Counted from the stretch's first letter, positions 10,881-22,639 are shown. The stretch is 33,277 nt of DNA from Octopus bimaculoides (GCF_001194135.2 NC_068991.1:74916658-74949934), one strand, 5' to 3'. A program made the numbers and translations. Notes: a model not told the origin generated them from the letters alone.

Positions 10881-11299
10881 GAGTGAAACAAGTAAAAGAA
10901 TTGATGATGATGATGATCTTTTCATTGGATAATCCATTTAAAACTTATTTTGCTCACCTTTGCTAAATGTATTTTTTAGTCAGACATTTGTCTCCAAGTT
11001 TCTTATTTCCCCTCCTATATACATATAACTTTGGATACACCATTCTTTAGATGATATTCTTACTCAAGCCTGTCCTCTGTTGTGAACACACTCTTGTATG
11101 TGGTCTCTGTGCAGCTGACAGGACAAACATGTATGACAAAGGTTCTGTCTGCTATGTTGATAGCATTGTTTGACTACATAAATTTTTCTCTCTTGAAATG
11201 GCAAGAAATATGGCCTGCAAGATTTTGTTAGCAATTCAAATGAAGTCATTATTGATTTGATTATCAGAAACAGATTATCGGCAAACAGAATCATATTGG

Positions 11300-12140
11300 A
11301 TTTCTCTGAATGCTTCAGAGTCAAGTATTAAGAAGATTTTTGATTTGATAATAACACATATCACACATTTATCATTAAATCTACCACTAATCCTTACCTT
11401 AGTGTTTTCTTTCATTTGATGCAGCACAGTCTTCTTTTATCTTACTTAATCCCATCTTGAATATAGAATATACGAATGCTCTGTGGATTTTCTAGATTAT
11501 CAAATTACAGAAAAAATCCTTTTGATGTTAACTATTTCTTCCACTTGCCTCAATAGAAATATAAACCACATTATATCCATTTTAACTTGATTATGTACAC
11601 TGCATAGAGCTGACTCAATTGGGCATGTATTCACTTTGTCTTATCCATCTTCTCGAGCAGCCTACTATAATGACACTTTGCTTCACTGTAAATGAATGCT
11701 AGAACAACCATATCATTATAAGATACAAATTTCACCAATTTTACTCGGCGCAATACTTTGCAATTCCAAGCACAGCATCCTTGTCATCATACTATGTTAT
11801 AAAACTTAGGCTTTGCCTCTTTAAAATTACAGCAATATCTATTCCAGTATAGCCTCAGTATTTAGTTCTCTCTACCGTTTATATTTTTTCCTACCTTTTC
11901 TCTTTAAGCTTCAACTATGATTTCTCAATCACATTACTTGAGTTTTTGGCTTTTTTTCCCCTTCAAATGACTGCTCTTATCACAAATCTGCTGATTCTGC
12001 AATAGCTTCTACCTCAGGAATGCCTAGCTATATTCTCTAAACTCGTGTCTCCATTAATGCTTCTTATAACATTTTGTGTACACTAACTCTCCAAAAATAG
12101 CTTAGAAATTCTTCACTTTCTGCATTCTTTTACTAAGTCT
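11300..12140 (-). mobile_element. Very decayed RTE-like LINE reverse-transcriptase remnant
   Basis: Manual minus-strand translation gives RT-like motifs in the expected order: KNAESEEF (cf. KGNAKECSNYR), INGREN*ILRLYW (cf. IDGKDLRIIRNLYW), V**QGC (cf. GVRQGC), KFVSYNDMVVLA (cf. YADD region). Many stops. Confidence 0.4.
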
Positions 12141-12499
12141 TTTGTGTCCTCGTTTTCCCCCCCCCCCTCTACCTTGCTCTTTACATGTATTCATTGAATT
12201 ACTTATAAATATATGGTATCAGTCTTATTTTCCATCACTTGGAATTCAGTATTTCATTCATATTCTAACCATGTCCATTCTTTTCTATGTTATGAATGTA
12301 TCGTTGTTACATGCGGTTCTTGCATTTTAGATAATATGAAAAAATATTTGAGAAGTTTTTGTCAATCAAATTTGGTGAATATATTATCACATATCCGCCT
12401 CCTCATCATCATCCACCTGTTTTCTATGCAAGCATAAGTTGGATTACTCGTCACAACTCAAGCCCTTTTTTTCACTGGAAGCTACTGCTGTCATCGACA

Positions 12500-12535
<36 letters not shown>

Positions 12536-12555
12536 TATACTGGGTTCAGTCCTAC

Positions 12556-12680
12556 TACATGGCATTCAACATCTCACCGTTTAACGTCTGCCTTCCATCC
12601 AAGCATGGTTTGGACTGTTTGAGCAGGAGACGTCTGGGTAGAAAACTACCCCAGATCAAATCCCATCCTGACACCAAATA
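12556..12680 (-). mobile_element. F2 3'-tail fragment
   Basis: CGTTTAACGTCTGCCTTCCATCCAAGCATGGTTTGGAC matches the F2 tail. Confidence 0.7.
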
Positions 12681-12904
12681 AACTGCAACACTTCAGTGAC
12701 GAGTTCTGACTGACAGACACTACCAGAATTTGTTAAAGCTATAGAAACTTAGTTTCCTCAGTTTGATTTGAAGAATCTCTTTTCTAGAACACATCTTCCT
12801 CGTGCAACTTCCTCTGCCTACTTTCTTTCTCTCCAGCTGCCATTCTCCTTTTGCATTCTCATGAATTCACCCACACACTCACCCTCCCCAATCCCTACTC
12901 CACT

Positions 12905-12941
<37 letters not shown>

Positions 12942-13318
12942 NNNNNNNNNNNNNNNNNNNNNNNNNNNNNNNNNNNNNNNNNNNNNNNNNNNNNNNNNNN
13001 NNNNNNNNNNNNNNNNNNNNNNNNNNNNNNNNNNNNNNNNNNNNNNNNNNNNNNNNNNNNNNNNNNNNNNNNNNNNNNNNNNNNNNNNNNNNNNNNNNNN
13101 NNNNNNNNNNNNNNNNNNNNNNNNNNNNNNNNNNNNNNNNNNNNNNNNNNNNNNNNNNNNNNNNNNNNNNNNNNNNNNNNNNNNNNNNNNNNNNNNNNNN
13201 NNNNNNNNNNNNNNNNNNNNNNNNNNNNNNNNNNNNNNNNNNNNNNNNNNNNNNNNNNNNNNNNNNNNNNNNNNNNNNNNNNNNNNNNNNNNNNNNNNNN
13301 NNNNNNNNNNNNNNNNNN
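12942..13318. other. Assembly gap within a (TA)n microsatellite
   Basis: N run flanked by (TA)n on both sides. Confidence 1.
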
Positions 13319-13357
<39 letters not shown>

Positions 13358-13360
<3 letters not shown>

Positions 13361-13556
13361 CATTGAAACCTGGAGAAATCACCCCGCTGCCCACCTTCCC
13401 ATCACTTCAACCATCTTCTCTCTCTTCTCTCTCTCTCTCACTCTGCCCCTTCACTCTCCTCCTTCTGAGGTAGCCATGTTTCGCCTCTAATGCAAGACTC
13501 TGTTTTCTGTCCCTCAGTTCGGGGGTCCTTGTCTTGCACGTTACTTGATGACCTTC

Positions 13557-13588
<32 letters not shown>

Positions 13589-13777
13589 ATGTAAAAAGTA
13601 CCCAGCATGGTCTGCAAAGTAATTCGCATTCGGAAGGGCATCCAGCCATAGAAACTATACCAAAGCAGACATCAGGGCTTGGTGCAATTTTCTGGCTTGC
13701 CATTTCCTGTCGAACCATCCAACACATACCAGCATGTAAGGAGGATCTTAAATGATGATGATGATGATGATGATGAT
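13358..13777 (+). mobile_element. F2 long-subfamily element with internal (GCT)n and (GAT)n tail
   Basis: Core GGAAGGGCATCCAGCCATAGAAAC at ~13632; tail CTTAAATGATGATG. Upstream part is colinear with the reverse complement of 28010-28150. 5' boundary approximate. Confidence 0.8.
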
Positions 13778-13856
13778 CAGTTGCCATTTACTTACGTAAA
13801 TAGTTTGTAAAATCAGGTTATATTATTATGTAATACATAATATATTAACAATAGTC

Positions 13857-14490
13857 AGGCGGTGAGCTGGCAGAATCATTAGCATGCTGGACAAAATGCT
13901 TTGCAACCTTTTGCCCATCTCCATGTTCAGAGTTCAAATTCTGCTGAGGCTGACTTTGCCTATCATTCCTTTCAGGGGGTTGATAAAATAAGTACCAGTT
14001 GAACACTGAGGTCGATGTAATCAACANNNNNNNNNNNNNNNNNNNNNNNNNNNNNNNNNNNNNNNNNNNNNNNNNNNNNNNNNNNNNNNNNNNNNNNNNN
14101 NNNNNNNNNNNNNNNNNNNNNNNNNNNNNNNNNNNNNNNNNNNNNNNNNNNNNNNNNNNNNNNNNNNNNNNNNNNNNNNNNNNNNNNNNNNNNNNNNNNN
14201 NNNNNNNNNNNNNNNNNNNNNNNNNNNNNNNNNNNNNNNNNNNNNNNNNNNNNNNNNNNNNNNNNNNNNNNNNNNNNNNNNNNNNNNNNNNNNNNNNNNN
14301 NNNNNNNNNNNNNNNNNNNNNNNNNNNNNNNNNNNNNNNNNNNNNNNNNNNNNNNNNNNNNNNNNNNNNNNNNNNNNNNNNNNNNNNNNNNNNNNNNNNN
14401 NNNNNNNNNNNNNNNATCATTCCTTTCAGGGGGTTGATAAAATAAGTACCAGTTGAACACTGAGGTCGATGTAATCAACATGCCCCACAA
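13857..14490 (+). mobile_element. F3 tRNA-derived SINE split by an assembly gap
   Basis: A-box-like TGGCAGAATCA and B-box GAGTTCAAATTC; colinear with the reverse complement of 26024-26235. 13962-14026 is repeated exactly at 14416-14480. Confidence 0.85.
14027..14415. other. Assembly gap, probably spurious (unmerged 65-bp contig overlap)
   Basis: Identical 65-bp sequence on both sides of the N run. Confidence 0.8.
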
Positions 14491-14850
14491 TTCTGCTCAA
14501 TCAGGAATGACTGGAGATTAGAACCTCACTCACATAAACTTCCAGTGGCAACTGCCCAAACCCTTGGCTAGATTTATAGCTCAATTAAAAGATGAGTTTT
14601 CAAGCCATCCTCAAATTAAATAACGAACCTGATGTATTACATCAGATATGATCAAAAGACAGATGCATGCCTTGTTCAAGATCTAAGACAATATTAAACC
14701 TGCTTCCAAAATACCTACGTGATTAGTCATCACCTTGGTTCTGTATCACTAGAGCTGACTAAGGCTATTAAGTAGCCAACTCAGTCCATTCATATCCTAT
14801 CTTGTTTCTTATAAACAATCAGTTATCTTAAGCAGAAGAAAAACCCATCA

Positions 14851-14998
14851 TCAGTAAAAGTGTGTCTTCGAAATTGAAAGACAAATGTGGAAATCTGCTT
14901 CTACTTAATATTCGCAGATGCATATATGCATGCTCTAATATTATGCGGAAGCAGACCTCGACATATATCTTTCAATTTTCAAAACATACCTCTGCTGA
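14851..14998. repeat. Imperfect ~148-bp palindrome (old fold-back/MITE-like)
   Basis: 14860-14923 versus the reverse complement of 14926-14989: 48/64 identical, no gaps. Centre ATGCATATATGCAT is a perfect palindrome. Confidence 0.75.
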
Positions 14999-15201
14999 TA
15001 TAGGCATCTTTTGTTTTTTTCATTCTTTTTTCTGCTGGTTTCTTTCATTGAATTGCTCTTACCCGGAATTTATTACTAATCAGTAATGACGAGCACATTT
15101 CTCTCCACATTTTAAACTTTGCATTTCTTATCATTTACGTACTTCATTTTAAATTAATATGTTTTGTGGAGCGAAATTGCTTTTTACTTATATCTAGATC
15201 A

Positions 15202-15247
<46 letters not shown>

Positions 15248-15271
15248 ATATATTTATGTATATATGTATGT

Positions 15272-15316
<45 letters not shown>

Positions 15317-15946
15317 TACACATTTTGTTTTGTTTTGGTTTTACTTTTTGTTGTTGTTGTATGTTGCCTTTAAGAAGTAAGAAGTTCACTATAAGCAATT
15401 TATTTGAAAACACACAAATCAGTGATGCAATTACGAGCGGAAGAAATGGCAGCATTTATTAGAAAACTGCTTCTAATATTGCTATTCATAGCATTCTGAA
15501 TTTTCATCTACTTCATATTTAACTATGAACTAATGCAAAAAAAAAAAAAAAAAAAAAAAAATCGAAAAAATATTAAAAAATGCAAAAAATTGATTGTCGC
15601 CTTTCCCTTCTCTCCCCCTATTTTGTTGCTTGAAGAAATGCATACTTGTTGAGAAAATTCGATATCAGTTTAAAATATTTGAGAATAGAGGAACCATATT
15701 TCCTTTTGCACTCATTTAACCCTTTGATGCTGTAAACGATTGTTGACTTTTTTTAGTTAACTGCTTTCAAACTGTTTTTTTTTTCAACATAATTTTGATT
15801 TCTAAGTATCCACTGTGTTTTTTAGTATACTAACGTTAATTCAAGTCAAGGAAATTATTCTTGAAATCACGAAGTTTCAGATTTCTTGGCCCAATTCTTT
15901 ATCATTATATTATTAAAGACGTGTTCTTAAACTTAGATATGTTTAT

Positions 15947-16048
15947 ATCATCATCATCATCATCATTGTTTAACATCCGTTTTCCATGCTGGCATGGGTT
16001 GGATGGTTTGACTGTGGACTGGAGAGCCAGGAGGCTGCACCAGGCTCA
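15947..16048 (-). mobile_element. F2 3' fragment with (GAT)n tail
   Basis: (CAT)n TGTTTAACATCCGTTTTCCATGCTGGCATGGGTTGGATGG..GGCTGCACCAGGCTC. Confidence 0.85.
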
Positions 16049-16277
16049 ATATTTAAATAATTGAACTCTTCATCTTTTAATCAGGAAGGGAATGGCAGTG
16101 ACTGGGGTCCTTTTCAGTACCTCTAAGACTGGTGGAAGGGGGAGAAGGTATCTTTAATGTGAAGAGCTGACCTGAATGTTTGAAGAAGAGTGGACCTTCT
16201 CTGTGAAGGACACTCCAGTTGCCCTCTGGCGATGCTAAACTGGGAATCAGATTATGTCAACCACTCAAGTAGGTTGA

Positions 16278-16517
16278 GGTAGGATTTGAACTTGGAATGC
16301 AACGAACATGAACAAATACCACGGGACGTATGATTTGATTTTCACGCAATTCTGCCAATTCACTGTACAGCATCCTTATGTAATTTTTTGCTGATCCTAA
16401 AAGGATGAATAGCAAAGCCAACCTTGGCTGGGTTTGAACTCAGTGTGCTGCGGGTTAGAACTAACACAGCTAAGCATAGCATCCTATCCAACACTCTAAC
16501 ATTTCTGTCAATTCACC
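16278..16517 (-). mobile_element. Two adjacent decayed F3 SINE 5' fragments (16278-16364; 16380-16517)
   Basis: Each has (G)TTTGAACT (reverse-complement B-box) and ends TCTG(C/T)CAATTCAC, as F3 does at 26218-26230. Confidence 0.6.
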
Positions 16518-17950
16518 ATCTATAATTCTTACTCTAATATGTATCTTTCTGTTTATAGATTCCATTAATTAGCCTCTTGATAAATACACATGAAACTCTG
16601 GTTAATTACATTCATCAAATTAAAACTTAAACTGTATTAGGCCTTTAAAACAGCTTTATTTTCAGTTTATTTCCTCTTCTTTGTTCAAGATTAATTAATA
16701 TATTGCTAGATAATAAATTACAATGTGTACATTAACTGAAATTTATTTTCGGTTCTGGATGTGTTTGCAAAATAAATTAACGAAATCATTAATTTTGCAT
16801 TTGTTTGTTATATCATCACCAAAATCTTGATTTTAATTTGGAATGGCACAAGCCAAACAAACACAATTATTTTTAAAAACAAATTTCTATTTTCTTTCTT
16901 GAGCCCCTAGGGAATCTGCATGTTGTTGCTCACCTTGTTAGAAACAATAACCAAATCCCTTTCGAATCACACTGTACTGTTTTTTTTTTTTATTTAAAAA
17001 ACGATAAAGGGTATGCAGGAGTATATAGTCCTGCAAATATTTATATTCATTTAGTGGACATTTTAAGATTTTTTTCTAAACTTATAAAAATGCTTTGGAC
17101 AGGCAAAGGGTTAAAGAAAAATGATACTTAAACACTGAGTAATAATTGGTCGTTTTCATGTTGGTGTCATTCCAACATTTGATCTTTTCATGTTGGTGTC
17201 GTTCTAACAATTCTTTTTATTAATAATCTAAACTCAAAATCTTGCAATATATATATTATTTACCTATTTTGAGAAAATGTTTCTTTAACATAACTCATAT
17301 TAAAAACCACAGCATTCTCAAATGTTTTGTTGATTTTTTTTTTTTTTTTTCTCTTTAATGTAGACGTTTTCTCATTAGAAGCTGTCTTGCATTTGATAAG
17401 TGGAAAATTGGCCGTGGGGGTGGGGGGTAAAAAGAAAGCAAAAAACCAAAACCAAAAAAAAAACAGAACAAAAAAAAAAGAAACAATGTGAGAAAGTAAT
17501 AAAACACCTGTGTTGATAATATGTTTCAGGTGATGGCTGTTGTTGAATTTATCAACAATAGGTAGAGTCCAATAATCAACCATGCAGAAAGACTAAGTGT
17601 GGCATTCAATTTAGTATTGTATTTATCATAGCATGGGAGAAGGGGAGTGGGGAGGTGTATTTTGTGTTGATATATTTTATGGAGGAGGAGAAATGGTCGG
17701 CCATGGAAATATGTAGAGGAATGGAAATATGTAGAGCAGCTGTTTGTCCTAAGTTATGTTTTATTTCTGATTACATTTTATTTACATCTACTTATTTACA
17801 TTTACATCTATTTAAAGAAATCTGTAATAGAAAAGAAAAGCAATTTCTATTTATGGTTCTGGGAAATACTATTGCTGTTCTGATTAGTTGCTTTGTTTTA
17901 TTTTGTTTATTTGTTATTATTATTATTATTATTGTTGTTGTTGTTGTTGT

Positions 17951-18385
17951 ATGTTTGACTTTTGCTTTGTATTTGTATAAGTTGGCTCCAAGTCTCACCC
18001 AGAGACCCCAAGAGACACCAAGTTAGAAGTTCATGTTGGTGTTATGCCTTGGGTGCCATATATTTGGTTTTGTCCATAGTGTTGTTCTAGAGAATGCCTT
18101 TTTAAAAAACATAACAAAATTATAAGTTTGTTTTAAAATTTGAGATTACATAGGATATGGGCAGATACCATGAGCACTATCTTTTGAATTTCTGCCATTT
18201 TGGGGTTTCCTGGTATCTGAGCTAGGTAGCAATCAGCCCCTTTTGCTATCATTCCTAAGGCACCTGCGATAACAGGTATTGTTTTAGTCTTCAGGTTCCA
18301 CATTTTGCTAATTTCCATTTTAAGATCTTGATACTTGCTCAGTTTTTGGTAGGTCTTGACAGATACATTTATATCAGTTGGGACT
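17951..18385 (-). mobile_element. 5'-truncated R4/Dong-type non-LTR retrotransposon (restriction-like endonuclease C-terminus + 3' UTR)
   Basis: Minus-strand frame 18384-18133 reads VPTDINVSVKTYQKLSKYQDLKMEISKMWNLKTKTIPVIAGALGMIAKG..AEIQKIVLMVSAHIL, matching the RLE pattern (V.P.D.N...K..K..KY..L..E...MW......PV..GALG). Confidence 0.85.
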
Positions 18386-18414
18386 CCTTCTCCTTCTTCT
18401 TCTTCTTCTTCTTC

Positions 18415-18463
<49 letters not shown>

Positions 18464-18501
18464 GACTACTACTACTACAACTACTACTACAACTACTACT
18501 T

Positions 18502-18537
<36 letters not shown>
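18386..18537. repeat. Compound (TTC)n(TAC)n microsatellite
   Basis: Direct reading. Source of the poly-L/Y/T/S ORFs. Confidence 0.97.
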
Positions 18538-19177
18538 GTTTTAAGAATATTTATTGGATATAGAATTATATTGGAAAGAAAAACTTTTCTGCATTTGTGA
18601 TTCACAAATGTCAAATAAAGATATTTTTGACATTTGGAGATTTTATTTTAATTCCATCTGTAATGTAGTGGGAATCTATTTCAATTTCAGCTGCATGTTG
18701 CCCATTGCCAATTATCTATATTGGTTTTTGTAAGTTTTAATGTTAAATATCTTTATAATTATTAATTGACTGCTAAAACTTTAATGTAAACGATATTAGA
18801 CATCATATGCACGTATTGGAGACAGAAAGTGAAGCCAGCACCATAATGGAATTTTAACCACCTACCTATTGCTTGTCGGGTGACAACATTACTGATTAAA
18901 TTGTGGAGTTCCTGTCATGCTGTCTCCTCAAATTATGCCATTTTTTTTCTTGTTAGTTAACCTTGCTATGTTGGTTAAGATGAAGCATTCATAATAAGAC
19001 CTAAATGACCGATGAAGAAAAATAGCATTGCCATACAGCAGCAAGAAATTGTAGGATGTAATACTGGCTAAGAGGTTTACTTTGCATCTAATTGTACAAT
19101 CAAGTACAGTTTGATTGTGTAGAACCTTGGGCGAGTGTCTGGGATGACTAATGCCTTGTGTGTGACATTCGTGGACG

Positions 19178-19552
19178 TCATCATCATCATCATCATCGTT
19201 TAATGCCCACTTTCCATGCTAGCATGGGTTGGACGATTTGACTGGTGGCTGCACCAGGCTCCAATCTGATTTGGCAGAGTTTCTACAGCTGGATGCCCTT
19301 CCTAACGCCAACCACTCCGAGAGTGTAGTGAGTGTTTTTATGTGCCACCGGCACGGAGGCCAGTCAGGCAGTACTGGCAACGGCCATGCTCAAAATGGTG
19401 TATTTATGTGCCACCTGCACAGGAGCCAGTCCATCAGCACTGGCAACGATCTTGCTCAAATGACTTTTCATGTGCCATCGGCACAAGTGCTAGGAACTCG
19501 AAGCTGCGGCTCAAGTGCCAGGAAGGCGACACTGGTAACAATCACGCTCAGA
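19178..19552 (-). mobile_element. F2 SINE with internal ~66-bp tandem units, inserted in an F1 fragment
   Basis: (CAT)n tail, core CTGGATGCCCTTCCTAACGCCAACC, and repeated TGTGCCA...CTGGCAAC units. F1-like sequence at 19120-19177 and a TG tract at 19566-19586. Confidence 0.9.
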
Positions 19553-19989
19553 GAGGGAGAGAGAAAGTGTGTGTGTGTGTGTTTGTGAAGTTGTCATTTT
19601 CACTTCTCTGCATGAAACTGTCTGAACAAAAGTGATTTGTTTACACTATTGGTGATCTTTACATCTTGTTGCTTTCTGCTTTTAAGTGTGGTGAGAAAAA
19701 AGATAAAACAAAAAAAAAAAAAAATCTCTTACTTGGTTATGTGGAGGGCGTCCTGCCATTAAATACTTACTCAAAATAAGTCTCCGTCCAGTCCAACCTG
19801 TACCAACACACACAACCCCCCCCCCCAGATGTAAAACAAATGAATCTGAGGAGATAGAATAACTCGTGGTTTGTAGTTATTCTTATTTAGTAAACAATAG
19901 ATATGTGGTTCAAGCTTTTGTCAGTGCCCATTTCTCTTCCCTGTCTCAAATTACTGACTATAATAACATTGGATATTATTTCACGAGAA

Positions 19990-20197
19990 CCCTTTCAAAA
20001 CCAGCTCACTTGAGACCTTTCCTGGTTCTATGATACAAACTTCCCGTTTTAAAGTCTTTTATCAAAATTTCATATTGAATCAAGTATCAAACACTAGCTT
20101 AATAATGGCAAAATTATTCTACTAAATTCTTAATTATTTTCAGCATTAATTGAAACAAAGTCAGTGCATTTCAGAAGAATTATGGTAACTTAATGGG
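19990..20197. mobile_element. piggyBac-type MITE, diverged
   Basis: Begins (AA)CCCTTTCAAAACCA and ends TGGTAACTTAATGGG-TTAA. Interior is related to the reverse complement of 23243-23465 and to 24545-24730. Confidence 0.7.
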
Positions 20198-20960
20198 TTA
20201 AAATTGTTTATTGCCAAATGGATATTTGTTGAGTAGTCAGCATTTATCAATCTATCAACAATTTACCATTAAAAATATGGTAACACTTCTGTTCCCATAT
20301 TTCTAATGGTATATTACCGGAATATGAGTTTCAATTGATTTTGAGTATAATGAATAATTTGAAGTTATTTATTTTTAAAGCAATTAACAGTTTTTCAATT
20401 TGATACTGCTGTTTGGAATGTAACTTAACAAAAGCAATCTCACTTAAAAAATTACTACAGAATGTTGGGAGTTGTATTTGTCTAGCAAGCAATTTCATCT
20501 GAGACTATGTATTGAAACAGCAGCAAACACATTGAAGAAGGGTAGTTTCAGCCAACTAAACATACTGAAAACCTGTGAAATTCTCTTAAATATTTTATTA
20601 GGTGTCAGTGTTTTTAATGAAAGTTTTGCCACCTTGAGAACTGGAAAGTGTATTTAACAGTTTTGGTTAAAAGAACTTCTCCCATGATATAATTACTATT
20701 TTGCAGGGTTTTTTATTTAAATATGGACATTTCAAAATGAATGGCTTTTTTTCTGTTTTAACAAGAGCTGGCTGTAGTGTCAATTGGGTTGGTCCCTAAA
20801 GGGTTATTATCTTGTTTCTGCGAACATTTTGGTTCAATTAATACATTCTCTCAATCATCTTTAAACGTCAGGTATGTATGTACATATATATATATGTGTA
20901 TGTGTGTGCGTGTGTGCTCGTATGTGTATGTATGTATGTATGTATGTATGTATATATGTG

Positions 20961-21207
20961 CACACCTTTGAATGCAATGTGTGCCAGAAGATTTGCAAAT
21001 CTAATGGAGGCCTCAAAAGACATTTTAAGCACAAAAGATCAGAACTTACCTGCAGCTCATGGTGGTCCAAATTGGATATGCAATCTGTGTGGGTGTCTTT
21101 TCAGAACATTGTCTGGTTTAAAAAGCCACATCAGATGGCATGATAGTTGTTAGGTGTAGGAACCAGAAGTGGTTAAACTCTGCACAAGGGGTAGACAACC
21201 ACCACCG
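20961..21207 (+). mobile_element. 5'-truncated LINE 3' end (probably RTE-type) encoding two C-terminal C2H2 zinc fingers, frameshifted
   Basis: FECNVCQKICKSNGGLKRHFKH, then in another frame WICNLCGCLFRTLSGLKSHIRWH* (stop 21151-53). Short 3' UTR ending in (TATG)n. No TGEKP linker and no acceptor site. Confidence 0.65.
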
Positions 21208-21639
21208 TATGTATGTATGTATGCATGTGGGCTTGTGTATAATCTATGCTGTTATATATATGTGTGTAAGGACATGTTTGTATAGTCTTTTAGTCTACTA
21301 GTTTCAGTCAATGGACAGGGGCATCATTTGCACGTGTTATTAGCCTGCTAATCATAGTGACCCCTGTACCCATGCATATAGTTCTACCAATTACATTGGG
21401 GCTATTTTTCAAGTCTTGTTTCATGAAGACAATTTGTGTATAGTTTTGCAAATTATATTGATTCTAGAATGTTTATGCTGATGAGAACACGGATGTTGTT
21501 ACGTAAGTAAAATGTTAATGTTCGAAACTGCAGTCCATAGATAATTCTTTATTCTGTATATTTCTCATTTTGTCCTATTCTGGCGTTTTGCGAAATTTTT
21601 CTGGAGAACATTATTTTTCTTTGTGGTTGGGTCGTTGAT

Positions 21640-21963
21640 TACCTCTTTCTAGCACATTGGATGTCCACCTATTGGTCATCCCTTATACACACATATATAT
21701 ATATATATGTACGTATATGTAAAAGCTGCCTCTGCTTTATTGATGAAAAATTTTTATCTAAGAGATTAATTTTTTGGAGTATGTTATTAGTGTTTGTTTT
21801 TTTTGTTTTTTTTGGAATTCACCTTTGATGAATGGAATACAATATTGAGATATAGGTAGAGAAGGGGTGCGTATTATACACAAGGTTTAGGTTTTTCAGA
21901 GGTACAGCCCCCCTAAAAATCGCATTATACTGAAGGGCGGATTATACTCAAGGATTTACGGTA
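21640..21963. mobile_element. Tc1/mariner (Tc2/pogo-like) non-autonomous element, right end
   Basis: Ends GGGCGGATTATACTCAAGGATTTACGG-TA with subterminal repeats (GCGTATTATAC, GCATTATAC). Left boundary uncertain. Confidence 0.55.
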
Positions 21964-22362
21964 CTTTACTTAGAAACTGGTGAGCATTGAAGAAAGGAAG
22001 GGGGTTTGACCATGGAGATTCTGTCCAACTCATTTGAGGTTAGGAAAGTGAATGCAAAACGATGATAATGTGTGAGGGCAGAAGCCTATAAATCTTTAGG
22101 TCCGTTGGAAAATTATTATTTTTAAATGTGGCCTGGAATGAAATTGTTTATTTAGGAAGCATAGAATAAGTTCCGTAATTGATAAGAAATGTTGTTGTTA
22201 TAATAAGTGAGCCACTGTTCAACTCTGAAGTCTGCCATTCTGTCATTCATTTCAAATAGTTGTTCAGTTCAGATGGAACAGAAATGGTATTGGCAGAAAA
22301 AAACATCAAAGAAATTATGTCAACAGATAGTACCCCAAATCCCCCCAACCCCACCTCTTGCT

Positions 22363-22578
22363 AACTCTCTCTCTCTTTTCTCTCTCTCTTTTCTCTCTCT
22401 CTCTTTTCTCTCTCTCTCTTTTCTCTCTCTCTCTTTTCTATCTCTCTCTTTTCTCTCTCTCTCCTTTCTCTCTCTCTCTCTCTTACTGGCTGTCTCTCTC
22501 TTACTGGCTCTCTCTCTCTTACTGGCTGTCTCTCTCTTACTGTCTCTCTCTCTCTTACTGGCTCTCTCTCTCTCTCTC
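22363..22578. repeat. CT-rich minisatellite: ~15-bp (CTCTCTCTTTTCTCT) units changing to ~18-bp (CTCTCTTACTGGCTGTCT) units
   Basis: Direct reading. Confidence 0.9.
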
Positions 22579-22639
22579 TTTCACACACACGCTGGTATGC
22601 CTGTGTATATGTGTGTATAAATTTGTTTGAATACACACA

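Noticed and set aside
13962-14480. Real tandem duplication of an F3 SINE
   Set aside because: 100% identity across an N-gap points to an assembly overlap.
20874-21153. Host C2H2 zinc-finger gene exon
   Set aside because: Frameshift between the fingers, defective His spacing, no TGEKP linker, no acceptor site, and a microsatellite tail typical of a LINE 3' end.
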